Virus record (IMG/VR): IMGVR_UViG_3300037294_000266
Span: 186,001 to 250,000 of that record
DNA: 64,000 bases
Strand: one strand, 5' to 3'
Shown piece after piece: positions 38,056-48,719 of this stretch (positions within the stretch are counted from its first letter, which is position 1; each line of letters starts with the position of its first letter). The notes beneath the pieces were generated by a model. That model was not told the DNA's origin, did not search any database, and saw only the letters and a list, made by a program, of their open reading frames with translations. Made by a program: the position numbers and the translations under genes.

Positions 38056-40524
38056 TTAAATAATCGTAACGTGTTCGTTGTACACTCGGTTCAATGAGAC
38101 ATGCGAATCATCAATGACTGCGATCTGACTATTAGGGTAACTGTTCTGCCCCTCAAACGAGTGACTGATCAAGAACACCTGGGAGTAGACCTCATCGTCC
38201 ATCAGTTCTTTCAAGGCCAGAGTCAGGTTAAGACGATGGACTTCATCAAACGTACGACCGAGTTCATCAAGGTACAGTGGATAGCCTTGCAGATCAAGAA
38301 ACTTGTAGACCACTAAACGAAACGCCTGGTTAACAATGTCAACCTGACTGTCCGACCCGAACTCAATGTCTGGGATCTGGTTTTCGTTTGTATGGACATA
38401 CATAGGGAACTTGTAATTCAACTCACCATCTTCGATGTCACATTTATCCAAGGCCATGTTGTAGCCCCAGACTTTAGCGATGACATTGTTGATAGCTTCA
38501 ATGAATGTGTTAATGAACACCATGATCTGTTCAGCAATGATCCCGTCACGAGGAGAAAGTAACTTCTCAAGCTCTATGAGAGCAGCTTCTTCACGCTTAG
38601 CCTCCTCCAACGACCGATTGAGATCGCCCACAATCCCCATCTGGATCTCAGCTTCAGCCAGAGACTGTTCCAACATCCCTAATTGAGTCTGATGTCTCCT
38701 GACCTGAAGTTGGATCTCTTCAACCACTGTGAACTTAATCATCTCGTCGAGCAGACGGTCAATGCGGCCTTTGAACGAATATGCTTGCTCGGTGAAATCT
38801 GCTGCCATGATCAGTTTCTGATGGAATTCAAAGATTTCAGCACGCTGCTTACGCGCCTCCATCAAATGCTCCTTCAGATCCAACACACGACCGCCTAAGC
38901 TGTTCGCCACGGCACGAAGACTACCTGTGCTGTTCAACTGTGCCAATTGCTCGAGCGTGTCTAACAGAGGCTTCTTCTCGCGTTCTACGGCAAGGCAGGC
39001 TAAATGGGTTTTCACATCACGAATGAAGCTTGTGCACTTAGGAATCAGAGTCCGACCCTTAGAGAACCCGCCAGCATTAGCAATGAGTGTCCACAGTTCA
39101 CCGAGGTCAGGATTGCGATCACGAAGAACGTAGAGGTTGTTTAACACCTCGTCATTTTCACGCGCCTGTCCTAACCATTCCTTCACGACATTGATCTTAG
39201 CGTCCATTGATGTCTTGAACGCTTGACCTTTCTCAAGGAGTTGTTTGATGTCAGCTTCTTCTGACTCGTTGACACCTTCTTTAAAGCCGTGATTGCAGTT
39301 AGGGCAATTGATGGTACGGCAATTACGGATGTGATTGAGCCGGTATTCTAATTCACTGATCCGTGATGTGCCTCCCATGAGCTTATTCTGGAGTTCTGAT
39401 AATTCATGTTGCTTGGCCGATATCTTACTCCTGTCAAAGAGAGATTCGTCCGAGGCAGCTACTCCATGAAGAAGCTCTATAACCTCCTGTACTGCATTCA
39501 AGCAGTAATCGTGGGAAGGCAGTCGCTCTTGGACCACATCGCCTGACAATTGGCTCTGTAGGTCCTCGTACTGGTCAGTAAGGACTGTCAACGACTCATG
39601 AAGTTCTTTAGGATCGATCCCTTCCAACTCTCCAATGTCATAAAGCTGTTTGTCGACTTCCTGATACTGCGCTTCAACCTCATGCAGTGCCGCTTCCAAC
39701 ATCTTGACCCGCGCCTGAAGATTGTCAGATATCTCGGCTACAGTAGAAATGTCAGTCGTGTTAGCAAACACAGGCATCGGACAGCGATGAGAATCCATCG
39801 TCTGTATAAGAGCATCCAACTGAGCAGCGTACATGTGGTACTCTTGCTCATACTCGGTGAAACTATCTGCCAGGCCATCACGATTGGAATGCTGATGAAG
39901 CTTAATGAGGCGTTGATGAGTTTCTTCAGACTGCTTACGCATCGATTTAAAGGAAGCGTCGTCAATCTTCTTGGCAGACTCGTTAACCAACCGCCCTGAC
40001 AGGTGCTTAATGACTGCGGACGTATCACGAGCGGCTTTGCGGATACGTGAATGGAACTTGATAACGTATTCAAAGTCTGCAGATGACAGTAACGTGATCC
40101 AGTCACGGCGTTCAACCGCACTCATTGAGGTGAACTTGTCCTGGCCTGTAAGAACATTGTTAATGGCATTGGTCATGCCGAAATGCTCACGGATCAATTC
40201 CATCTGAACAGCGCCAGTATGACCTACGTTCAGTTCTTCCTCATCACAGATGAAACTATGAACAGGGTTCTTTGAAGAGAAGTCATTCCTTAACTCGTAG
40301 TGCCTTCCATTGTTGTGCAGGTGAATGAGTTTATACCCGCCCGAATGAAAATCATTCTTAGAGGCAGGCATTACAGTAAACCCTACCTTCAACAGACTCG
40401 ATTTCCCAGATCCGTTGGTGCCCAGAACAATCTGGGTCTTAGCCGAAGGACAGATCTCAAAAGTCTCAATGCCTTTTAAAACAAACCGCTTGCATTTATG
40501 CAAGACGCACTTACTAATAAACAT
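38056..40524 (-). CDS. sbcC: SbcC/Rad50-like SMC ATPase (phiKZ gp165-like)
   Basis: Walker A GTNGSGKS, coiled coils, central CPNC zinc hook, Walker B LYLDELGRTFD, FLISH. Confidence 0.9.
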   Translation of the reverse strand: MFISKCVLHKCKRFVLKGIETFEICPSAKTQIVLGTNGSGKSSLLKVGFTVMPASKNDFHSGGYKLIHLHNNGRHYELRNDFSSKNPVHSFICDEEELNVGHTGAVQMELIREHFGMTNAINNVLTGQDKFTSMSAVERRDWITLLSSADFEYVIKFHSRIRKAARDTSAVIKHLSGRLVNESAKKIDDASFKSMRKQSEETHQRLIKLHQHSNRDGLADSFTEYEQEYHMYAAQLDALIQTMDSHRCPMPVFANTTDISTVAEISDNLQARVKMLEAALHEVEAQYQEVDKQLYDIGELEGIDPKELHESLTVLTDQYEDLQSQLSGDVVQERLPSHDYCLNAVQEVIELLHGVAASDESLFDRSKISAKQHELSELQNKLMGGTSRISELEYRLNHIRNCRTINCPNCNHGFKEGVNESEEADIKQLLEKGQAFKTSMDAKINVVKEWLGQARENDEVLNNLYVLRDRNPDLGELWTLIANAGGFSKGRTLIPKCTSFIRDVKTHLACLAVEREKKPLLDTLEQLAQLNSTGSLRAVANSLGGRVLDLKEHLMEARKQRAEIFEFHQKLIMAADFTEQAYSFKGRIDRLLDEMIKFTVVEEIQLQVRRHQTQLGMLEQSLAEAEIQMGIVGDLNRSLEEAKREEAALIELEKLLSPRDGIIAEQIMVFINTFIEAINNVIAKVWGYNMALDKCDIEDGELNYKFPMYVHTNENQIPDIEFGSDSQVDIVNQAFRLVVYKFLDLQGYPLYLDELGRTFDEVHRLNLTLALKELMDDEVYSQVFLISHSFEGQNSYPNSQIAVIDDSHVSLNRVYNEHVTII

Positions 40525-40586
40525 AGGTCGTACTCCCTAATCCTGTAGGATAGGTCATTTATGTTTAGTTTAACGATGAGGTCTTT

Positions 40587-41402
40587 ATGTTAGACAACTC
40601 AGCTAGTGTTTTCCGCTGTGTGGCGATGGGTACAGCGGCTGAAAACAAGAAGCTCCGTGGTCCAGACGGAAACTTCTCAAAGAAACTATTGGTTACCGCT
40701 GTTGAGAAACTCCCATTCCTCGACGGGGAGCAAGTAGACCGTGTGGATGCTGTCGAATATGAAGGTGTTGACGATCAAGGTAAGGCTCAGTCAGGTACCT
40801 CGTTTGTGTCAAATAACATCAACGCGTTCTGGCTACCTGAAACAAACCGTCGAACACCACCGGACGTACAGCGTGGCGAGCGTATAGCCCTGTACCAGTA
40901 CGCTAACAACGATAAGTACTACTGGCGTAGCATGGGCATGGACGACAACCTACGGCGCTTAGAGACCGTCATTTTAGGTATCAATGCCAATCCGAATACA
41001 GGGACTGATGGCATCGATCCTGACAACATGTACTTCATTGAATTCAGCAGTCATACCAAGACGATCACCCTCAGTACCAGTCAGATGAACGGTGAGGTCT
41101 GTACATATGACTTCCAGTTTGACATGGCTACAGGTAAGGTAGTCCTTCAGGACAATTTGGGTAACTACGGTCTATTGAAGTCAACAGAATACTTCATAGA
41201 ACTTAAGAATGGCCTGGGCACGTGGCTGCAGCTCAATAAACAAGACATCTTTGGCTTCGCTCCTCGTAACATTGATCTTACAGCTACCAATAACGTCGAT
41301 GTCAAGGCCAAAAAGATTACCTTAAACGGAGGCGGTTCTATATTCACTCTTCAGGCGTCTGGCACTACATTGAAGACTCCTAAATTCCAAGGGATGACGT
41401 AA
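40587..41402 (+). CDS. Baseplate central spike (phiKZ gp164-like)
   Basis: N-terminal OB-like region (TPPDVQRGE..LYQYA..YYW) and beta-strand-repeat C-terminus; followed by a PAAR gene. Confidence 0.75.
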   Translation: MLDNSASVFRCVAMGTAAENKKLRGPDGNFSKKLLVTAVEKLPFLDGEQVDRVDAVEYEGVDDQGKAQSGTSFVSNNINAFWLPETNRRTPPDVQRGERIALYQYANNDKYYWRSMGMDDNLRRLETVILGINANPNTGTDGIDPDNMYFIEFSSHTKTITLSTSQMNGEVCTYDFQFDMATGKVVLQDNLGNYGLLKSTEYFIELKNGLGTWLQLNKQDIFGFAPRNIDLTATNNVDVKAKKITLNGGGSIFTLQASGTTLKTPKFQGMT

Positions 41403-41665
41403 TGGGTATCGTGTCGCTAGTTAACGTTGACAGTGCGGGTGGTAAAATAGCAGGTCCTGGCGCGCCTACTTGGACTTGGAATGGCATCGTCATTTCGTTA
41501 TTAGGTGATGCCGTCGTTGGTCACGGACTACCTCCACATACCGCTCCTGTCATTGTCAGTGCAAGTGAATGGATGACAATCGATGGTGTTAAGGTAACAC
41601 GGGTTGGAAGTATGGCTGGCTGCGGACATGGCGTAACCGGATCAAGTCAGATGGATATTCCATAA
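41402..41665 (+). CDS. PAAR-like spike tip protein
   Basis: 87 aa; GDAVVGHGLPPH and DGVKVTRVGSMAGCGH (His/Cys metal ligands). Confidence 0.85.
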   Translation: MGIVSLVNVDSAGGKIAGPGAPTWTWNGIVISLLGDAVVGHGLPPHTAPVIVSASEWMTIDGVKVTRVGSMAGCGHGVTGSSQMDIP

Positions 41666-41706
41666 CGGCATAAGCGGAGGAGGGACATCCCTCCTCCGCT
41701 ATGTTG
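41666..41706. terminator. Bidirectional hairpin-TATG terminator
   Basis: CGGCATA-AGCGGAGGAGGG-ACAT-CCCTCCTCCGCT-ATGTTG. Confidence 0.75.
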
Positions 41707-42969
41707 TCATTCCTTAACAACAGATAACTTACTGGTGCCCCATTTAACAACATCTCCACGGGAGAATGTTTCAGGTTTGCCAGAGCTTCGTTTCTCATCC
41801 ACCTTATCCTGCCAGCGGAAGTTACGATTGTTCATGGAACGGTGTTGTGACATGTTACTGTCAATGCGGATAACCCAAAGACCGTTTTCCTCCGCTGAAA
41901 TAAACGAAGGAAGTAAGCCAAGTTCCGTCCGCAATGGGAACAGAGGACGTTCATCAAAATAGAAACGTCCTGGAAGGAACGTCCGAGTGGTCTGATGGAC
42001 TTTGGTTGTCAGATGATCGACTTCGATAGCTACGATGAATGACTGGCTCTGTGTAAGCAGTTCGACCATACATTCGTTACTGTAGAACTTTTGAAGATCA
42101 TAGTCCGTTTCATTCTCTTCACTGATCTGATGGAAACGTTCCATCGAGGTCTGATCGAGTTTGTACCGAGACGTCATATACCGCTCCAGGAAAGGAATGC
42201 GGTCCATGAAGACTTTCATGGCATTGCTGCCAATTACTTTAAAGTCTTTGCTGGCAAGGTGTAAGAACCCGCCAATAACAATCCCCATCACTTTATTAGT
42301 CGTGTCAAACGGTACCTTGAGGTAGAACTGGTTGGAGTACAACGATGACTCGTCAGGATTGTAAATCATGTCAGGTGTAATCGACGCGGTATGGACCTTA
42401 CCAATGTTCAAGAAACTGATAAGACCTACGTGTGCTGCCTGAGACCGACGGAATGTGATAGCCCCGTCTTTGATGTACGCTCCATCACCATCTGAATCCA
42501 ACCGATGAACGTAACCGTTTACAGTAGCGAGGCTGTGTTCTCTGACCTCTTTGTAATCGGTGTTGTCCCGGCGTAACCAGATGTCTGTCTTGTCGTAATC
42601 GTTAGCATCATTGAAGGGGGAACCAGACGGCACACAGATGTCTACTGTAAACCCGGCCTGCCATGCATCACGAGCCATGACATAAGACGTTTCGACAACC
42701 GGCTCACCGTCTTCAGACGGAAGCGTCGTGTTGCCATTGGAAGTCAACCAGTCAATAACGGTGGTGGCTTCTGGGAGGGTTACAAACAGAGTTTCATACT
42801 TGCGCATGTCAAGAGTTTGTTTGGAAGAAAGCACTGGATGAGTAACGACCAGGTAGATGTTTTCGTACGTTCGTAGGAGGCTCTTAACAGACATTTGTCT
42901 GACGTCAAGGTCTTCAAAACGGACATCTGGCTTCCGGTGTTTTACAATCGCTTTTTGATATTCGTACAT
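41707..42969 (-). CDS. Probable virion structural protein (420 aa)
   Basis: Long ORF among tail genes; no catalytic motif. Confidence 0.6.
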   Translation of the reverse strand: MYEYQKAIVKHRKPDVRFEDLDVRQMSVKSLLRTYENIYLVVTHPVLSSKQTLDMRKYETLFVTLPEATTVIDWLTSNGNTTLPSEDGEPVVETSYVMARDAWQAGFTVDICVPSGSPFNDANDYDKTDIWLRRDNTDYKEVREHSLATVNGYVHRLDSDGDGAYIKDGAITFRRSQAAHVGLISFLNIGKVHTASITPDMIYNPDESSLYSNQFYLKVPFDTTNKVMGIVIGGFLHLASKDFKVIGSNAMKVFMDRIPFLERYMTSRYKLDQTSMERFHQISEENETDYDLQKFYSNECMVELLTQSQSFIVAIEVDHLTTKVHQTTRTFLPGRFYFDERPLFPLRTELGLLPSFISAEENGLWVIRIDSNMSQHRSMNNRNFRWQDKVDEKRSSGKPETFSRGDVVKWGTSKLSVVKE

Positions 42970-43106
42970 TTATCGCCTTCTCCCACGATAATGGTATGCC
43001 AGTTGTTTGATATCTGTATTAAACACAGATTTGTTTAAAAAGAAATGACTCAGATTCTAGGGCCAGGTTCGGCACCAGAACCGTGGAGATCCCAACGGAG
43101 ACTGCA

Positions 43107-45500
43107 ATGAGCACTGTAATTCCAGATTATCCTTTTGATCCGACGGGTGTCGCTGAAACGAACTTGGTTGTTGAAACCCAGGCTATCGAATCACGCGGCA
43201 CGTTCGACCATTACCATGTGGTCCCACGGGTCGCACCTTTCTTTGCTGAGAGTGTGAAACTCCGTCTTTACCCAATCGGCGCGAACGTCAATAACCCAGC
43301 TGGTGGAGAAGCTCTTGAAGAGGGCATCCACTACAACTTCGGTTACCACTTCGCTTATGCATCGCATACCATTGGTAAGCCTGTATATAGCAGCATCACC
43401 TTCTATGACCGCACGTTGCGTGGTCAGTTGCGTATGGAATACCAGACGCTGGGTGGTGAGTGGGTTCTCGATGAGCAGAAGTACAACGAACTTCTACTTA
43501 ACGTATCTCGCAATCCTCGTATCGCCACCTGGGAACAGATGGTCGAACTACCTCGGGAGTTTCCCGTTGTAGATCACGATTTCAACATCGACGATTTTGT
43601 CGGCATGACTGAAGTTGTGGACGAATTGGGTGACATCGAGCAAGCGATCCTTCAATCAAACGAAGGTGGGTTGAACGACCATATTGAAAGTACTAATAAT
43701 CCGCACTCAGTTACTAAAGACCAGGTAGGTCTTGGTCTGGTCGATAACTTCCCTTCGGCAGCGCCGGGTGAAGCGACTGCTGGTGTGGCGAACAACCGCT
43801 TCATGACACCGCTTCGTACTAAGCAGGCCATTGATGCACTCATTCTGCCTCAATTGACGGCTCACATGGGCAACACAGCTAACCCTCACCAGGTTACCAA
43901 AGCCCAGGTAGGTCTTGGCAGTGTTCAGAACTTTGCATTGGCCACTCAAGCAGAAGCTGAGGCTGGTTCAAGCAATGCTCGGTACAGCACACCACTTCGT
44001 GTCCGTGAGGCTATTGAAGCTATTGTCGGTGTGACGCTCAATGCTCACATGGCCGATCGTTCCAATCCCCATCAGGTTACGCGTGTACACGTCGGTCTCG
44101 GTAATGTTGAGAACATCGGCATTGCAACCGATGTGGCAGCGATCCAAGGTGCAGATGACAGTGGTGTAATCACTCCTCGTCTATTGTCACTCGTGCTTGC
44201 TGAAACGATTGGTGGTGGTGTTTCTGAGCACATTCAGGATTTCACCAATCCTCACGGTGTGACGAAGACTCAGGTTGGGTTGGGTTCGGTTGATAACTTC
44301 CCTTCTGCGTCTGAAGCTGAAGCCCGCGATGCCACGCTCAGCAACCGCTTCATGACTCCGCTGGCGGTTCGTCAGGCGATCAACGAACTGGTCGGTGACA
44401 GTTCCAACGCACACGTGACGGACTTCGACAACCCTCATCAGGTTACAGCAGAACAGGTGGGTACTTATCCATCGGTAACTATCGATCAGCTACTGAGTGA
44501 CAAGCTTGGTAATGACGAAGCGGCTGCTGACACCGAATTGGTGTACGGACTGGATCAGACTGGGTTAGAAGCATGGATCGGCACCATCAAGTCTGGCGAC
44601 TCTAGTCGTTTAGATGGCATGACTCGACCAGAACTGACGGCTGATATCTTGTCAGGCACTGCTGCTAACTCGATTCTCTTTGGTGGGAAGACATACAGCG
44701 AAATCGTGAGCGAGATTGGCGACACTGTAGACGGAGCTTCTATTCAGTTCCGTGTACCGGCGATGCTGGAATTGCTTGATGAGTTTGATGTCGAGACAAC
44801 AGCGCCTGAACACTGGATCAAGCTGGGTGACTTTGGCGGAACAATCAACGAACAGCCGGCTGACGTGACGTTGATGATTGCTGGTGGTCGCGACGACTCC
44901 TTGGGCGATGATCAAATCCAACAGACGATTCTTGTTCAGATTGCTGCGACGTACGATTACACCGATGGCGGTCCTCCATTTGCAATGCAATTGAAGAGCG
45001 CTGTGATTAAAGAAATCACTCCAGGACCAAAGCCGATCGAGATCGGTTATCGTTCAATTGGATCGGACGGTACTGCTAAGGTAGAAGTTTACCTGAAAAG
45101 TATCGGTACTCGTAACTCCTTGTCTGTCACCGAGCTGTCGTTCAAGCGATTCAATGCAGCAGCGCAGGTCCAGTACACCGAGGTTGCTCAACTGACCACC
45201 GTAGAGCCTGTAGGTATTATCTACCCACCACGCTTGAAGGAAGGTACGGCTGAAATCCTCGAACTGTTGGATCACGCCGCTGACACGACCAATCCACATC
45301 AGACTACAAAAGATCAAGTAGGTCTTGGCAACGTCGACGATTACGCAACGGCCTCCCCGGCTGAGGCTGTAACAGGCACTGCGACCAATCGCTTCATGAC
45401 ACCCGCCACCACTACCTCTAAGGTAGATGATGCCATCGGTGTCCTCTGTGACGAACTGATCCTCGTTATCGATGATGCTTTGGATAACTTGTTTGTCTGA
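43107..45500 (+). CDS. Tail fibre protein with NPHxxTKxQVGLG repeats (phiKZ gp146-like)
   Basis: YPFDPTG N-terminus; six NPH...VG repeat units; start MSTVIP (SD GGAGA). Confidence 0.8.
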   Translation: MSTVIPDYPFDPTGVAETNLVVETQAIESRGTFDHYHVVPRVAPFFAESVKLRLYPIGANVNNPAGGEALEEGIHYNFGYHFAYASHTIGKPVYSSITFYDRTLRGQLRMEYQTLGGEWVLDEQKYNELLLNVSRNPRIATWEQMVELPREFPVVDHDFNIDDFVGMTEVVDELGDIEQAILQSNEGGLNDHIESTNNPHSVTKDQVGLGLVDNFPSAAPGEATAGVANNRFMTPLRTKQAIDALILPQLTAHMGNTANPHQVTKAQVGLGSVQNFALATQAEAEAGSSNARYSTPLRVREAIEAIVGVTLNAHMADRSNPHQVTRVHVGLGNVENIGIATDVAAIQGADDSGVITPRLLSLVLAETIGGGVSEHIQDFTNPHGVTKTQVGLGSVDNFPSASEAEARDATLSNRFMTPLAVRQAINELVGDSSNAHVTDFDNPHQVTAEQVGTYPSVTIDQLLSDKLGNDEAAADTELVYGLDQTGLEAWIGTIKSGDSSRLDGMTRPELTADILSGTAANSILFGGKTYSEIVSEIGDTVDGASIQFRVPAMLELLDEFDVETTAPEHWIKLGDFGGTINEQPADVTLMIAGGRDDSLGDDQIQQTILVQIAATYDYTDGGPPFAMQLKSAVIKEITPGPKPIEIGYRSIGSDGTAKVEVYLKSIGTRNSLSVTELSFKRFNAAAQVQYTEVAQLTTVEPVGIIYPPRLKEGTAEILELLDHAADTTNPHQTTKDQVGLGNVDDYATASPAEAVTGTATNRFMTPATTTSKVDDAIGVLCDELILVIDDALDNLFV

Positions 45501-45569
45501 CCATTAACACGCTACCTCGAAAGGGGTAGCGTGTGTTATTCGAACCCCTTTTCGTGATGGAGCCTCTTC

Positions 45570-47144
45570 ATGAGTGTACCACCCATTATCCAGTATCCGT
45601 TCGACAGTTCTGGCGAATCGCTAACGAACAAAGTCGAGAATGAGCGGAGAACGATTGCTCTTAATACCGAGCGAGCGTTCGTCCCTGAAGCGGGTCCGTT
45701 TTACACCAGTTCGTTTAAAATCTGGAACGATGAGACCAATGAAGAACTTCGTCCTGTCGACGATTACATTCTGGCTCAGCCGTTTTCCCAGGCATCTATC
45801 CGGACAGCAAAAGATGTTCAGTGCGCAATCATTCTGAAAGTACAAGCGCCTATCAGCGTTCGTTATACGTATCAGGTGGTTGGCGGTGAGTATTCATGGA
45901 ACCTTCAGGGTCTTGCTGATCTCATTGCTGAACTCGATCTCGATGAACGTCCTGTTAAATGGGGCGCTGTCATTGGTCGTCCTAACGCCTATCCGCCAGC
46001 TCCGCACATCCATGACATTGGCGATTCGTTTGGCTGGGAATATGTGGTATGGCAGCTTGAGCGCATTACCAATGCTATCTTGGTTGGTGATGAAGCATCG
46101 CACGATGAACTGCGTCAGCAGATGCAGACTATCCGCGATCAGTTACAGGCTAACATCGATGCATTGGAAGCCAAGGTTGATGAACACATCAACGACTTTG
46201 ACAATCCGCACCAAACCACGAAGGCTCAAGTGGGCCTTGGCCTAGTTGATAACTTCCAGACAGCCTCTCCTGCTGAAGCTTTGGCTGGCGTTCTCGGCAA
46301 TCGGTTCATGACGCCTTCGCTGTCGAATAGCCTGGCTACTCGCATTGCGACTGAAGAAGTGGCAGAGCACGAAGCCCGTAAAGATAATCCACATGAAGTC
46401 ACCAAGGCTCAGACCGGGCTTGGCAATGTGGACAACTTCATTACTGCCACCCGTGCAGAGGCTGAAGCCGGTACTCTCAATACCCGGTTCATGACGCCGT
46501 TGCGGACGAAGGAGGCAATTGATTTCATCGCAGGTAACTTGCTTCAAGCGCACGTTAACGATACCAACAACCCACACATCACTACCAAGGCTCAAGTCGG
46601 GCTTGGTTTGGTTGATAACTTCCAGACAGCTACCAAAGCTGAATCGGAAGCAGGTATCCTCAACAACCGCTTCATGACTCCGTTGCGTACTAAAGAAGCG
46701 ATCAACTTCATCGCTGGTAACTTGATCAATGCTCACTTGGCTGACTTTGGCAACCCTCACCAGGTAACGAAGACGCAGGTCGGCTTGAGTAACATCCCGA
46801 ACGCCATCACTCGTTCCCGTACTGCTAATACCAGTGCTGAACTATTGGTAGCTGGTGCGATGTATGACCATATCCTGTCTGGCGATCACGATAGCCGTTA
46901 TGTCAAGATCAACGTGGCTCAGAATACATCTTTGCGGATCGTAGGATCAACATTGCAGGGTTATGTGTCAGGCGCTTGGCGTCAGATCTGGCCAGCGACA
47001 TGGACTGGTTATGTAACGCCAGGTGCAGCAGATCCATACCCAGGTAACGCTACCGAGATTACTCTGATGAACGCGGGCGGTATTCTGTTCGCTTCTGTCA
47101 ACGGTACGTGGCGTCAGGTGTGGCCAGCTCTCTGGAACGACTAA
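45570..47144 (+). CDS. Tail fibre protein with NPH repeats and a duplicated Trp-rich C-terminus (phiKZ gp145-like)
   Basis: YPFD N-terminus paralogous to the previous gene; four NPH repeats; GxWRQxWPAxW twice. Confidence 0.8.
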   Translation: MSVPPIIQYPFDSSGESLTNKVENERRTIALNTERAFVPEAGPFYTSSFKIWNDETNEELRPVDDYILAQPFSQASIRTAKDVQCAIILKVQAPISVRYTYQVVGGEYSWNLQGLADLIAELDLDERPVKWGAVIGRPNAYPPAPHIHDIGDSFGWEYVVWQLERITNAILVGDEASHDELRQQMQTIRDQLQANIDALEAKVDEHINDFDNPHQTTKAQVGLGLVDNFQTASPAEALAGVLGNRFMTPSLSNSLATRIATEEVAEHEARKDNPHEVTKAQTGLGNVDNFITATRAEAEAGTLNTRFMTPLRTKEAIDFIAGNLLQAHVNDTNNPHITTKAQVGLGLVDNFQTATKAESEAGILNNRFMTPLRTKEAINFIAGNLINAHLADFGNPHQVTKTQVGLSNIPNAITRSRTANTSAELLVAGAMYDHILSGDHDSRYVKINVAQNTSLRIVGSTLQGYVSGAWRQIWPATWTGYVTPGAADPYPGNATEITLMNAGGILFASVNGTWRQVWPALWND

Positions 47145-47165
47145 TGTAAAATGAGGACTCGCAAT

Positions 47166-47678
47166 ATGTTTAAACACATTCAGGATTTTTCATTCGAAGG
47201 TGTTGACCTGTCAGCACTGAGGATAGATGATCTCCTGTCGAGTCCTCTTCCTTACGAACTCGGGCTGCCCAGGTATCTCGAGTACGGCGGTACACATTCG
47301 TTGTTTAACGCAGCTGAATACTTCGAACACAGTCAGACGAAACCCATTAAAGTAGAGGGGATAGAGAGACTCAGTGAATTACTGTACTCGACATCCCTTC
47401 GACTAGGCAGACACTTTAACCACACAGGTCCTGTGTCTTGCCACATGTTCATCTCGCCTGCACAATCACTTAGTTTCCCAATGCATTCTGATACAGACGA
47501 CGTAATCATCTACATGGTCAGCGGCCGTAAGGTTTATGAAGGTGTGGATGGGTCGTTAGAAGTGCGCGCTGGGGACAGTATCTATATTCCGCGTGGTACT
47601 TTGCACTGCGCGGTTAACACTGACGATTCCGTCATGCTCAGCTTTGGGCTTGAACGCTACCTGGAAGATAAATTGTGA
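47166..47678 (+). CDS. JmjC/cupin-type Fe(II)/2OG oxygenase
   Basis: SFPMHSD (HxD), VSGRK, AGDSIYIPRGTLH; start probably MFKHIQ (SD GAGGA). Confidence 0.85.
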   Translation: MFKHIQDFSFEGVDLSALRIDDLLSSPLPYELGLPRYLEYGGTHSLFNAAEYFEHSQTKPIKVEGIERLSELLYSTSLRLGRHFNHTGPVSCHMFISPAQSLSFPMHSDTDDVIIYMVSGRKVYEGVDGSLEVRAGDSIYIPRGTLHCAVNTDDSVMLSFGLERYLEDKL

Positions 47679-48718
47679 GTACTCACAAGACGATCTATGT
47701 CAAGACGACCGGGACATGCAACCTTAACTGCCAACACTGCTTCACGAATGGGAAGAACGGGGATAAAACTCAGTTTGTACCGGAGGTAGTAGCCGGATGG
47801 GTACATGATTACATGGCTCAGCATTCAGCCGATACCAGTTACCACATGGAGTTCCATGGCGGTGAGCCGTTCATTGTTCCATTGGAGAAGCTGAAACAGT
47901 TTGCTGATCATTTTGTTGACATGGAGAACGTTTCCATGTGTGCAAACAGCAATCTGACGTTTAAGCTGACCGATGAGTTAATCGCATTCATCAAAGACTA
48001 TCTTGGTGGGTACGTCGGCACCAGTTGGGACTATTGGATACGTTGGGGAAATGCTAAGCAGTTTGATCTCTGGAAGAAGAATCTGGAGACCCTGCGTTCG
48101 CACGGAATCGGCATCGGTGTTAAAGCATCGGTGAGCCGTCAGCTCATCGAGAAATCGCCAGACTGGTTCATTGATCAGATGGAAGCGCTGGCTATCGAAG
48201 AAGTGAGTCTTGAACGCCTCACCAATGATGGCAGTGCCGTAGATCACTCTGGGATCTTTCCTGACAATGAGGCGCAGGATAACTGGTACCTTGCACTGTA
48301 TCTCCGTTACAAAGAACGAAACCCTCGGGTAAAGATAAAGACCCTTGACATCATCGAACAGAAGCTCATCCAGAACATTGTCAAAGTAGATACCAATTGT
48401 CGAAACTGTGAGCAGAACCTTGTCACGATGAATTCAGATGGGTCTCTTTCAGGATGTCCTAACGCAGCAGCTAGTCTTCATCATGCTAGAATCGATGAAG
48501 GGGTTGAAACGTTCCTTTCTTCAGATGGGCGTATTGATCAGATTGCAAAGGAATTATCTTGGGGAGACACCTGCCTCAACTGTGACGTATTTGATCTTTG
48601 TGGCGGTGATTGTCATCGCTTACCGTGGCAAGAAGGTCGCTGCGGTGGGTTAAAGAACACGCTGCGACATCTTTCTGGCAGACAGCCACAGCAAAACAAC
48701 CTGATTATAAAGGTGTGA
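47675..48718 (+). CDS. Radical SAM/SPASM protein 1
   Basis: CNLNCQHC, FHGGEP, SPASM-type CRNC..GC..CLNCDVFDLCGGDC. Confidence 0.93.
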   Translation: MSTHKTIYVKTTGTCNLNCQHCFTNGKNGDKTQFVPEVVAGWVHDYMAQHSADTSYHMEFHGGEPFIVPLEKLKQFADHFVDMENVSMCANSNLTFKLTDELIAFIKDYLGGYVGTSWDYWIRWGNAKQFDLWKKNLETLRSHGIGIGVKASVSRQLIEKSPDWFIDQMEALAIEEVSLERLTNDGSAVDHSGIFPDNEAQDNWYLALYLRYKERNPRVKIKTLDIIEQKLIQNIVKVDTNCRNCEQNLVTMNSDGSLSGCPNAAASLHHARIDEGVETFLSSDGRIDQIAKELSWGDTCLNCDVFDLCGGDCHRLPWQEGRCGGLKNTLRHLSGRQPQQNNLIIKV

Positions 48719-48719
48719 C

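Noticed and set aside
43660-46800. Regularly spaced DNA repeats as a possible CRISPR array
   Set aside because: The repeats are degenerate, in frame, ~185 bp in period and encode fibre repeats; no cas genes are present.
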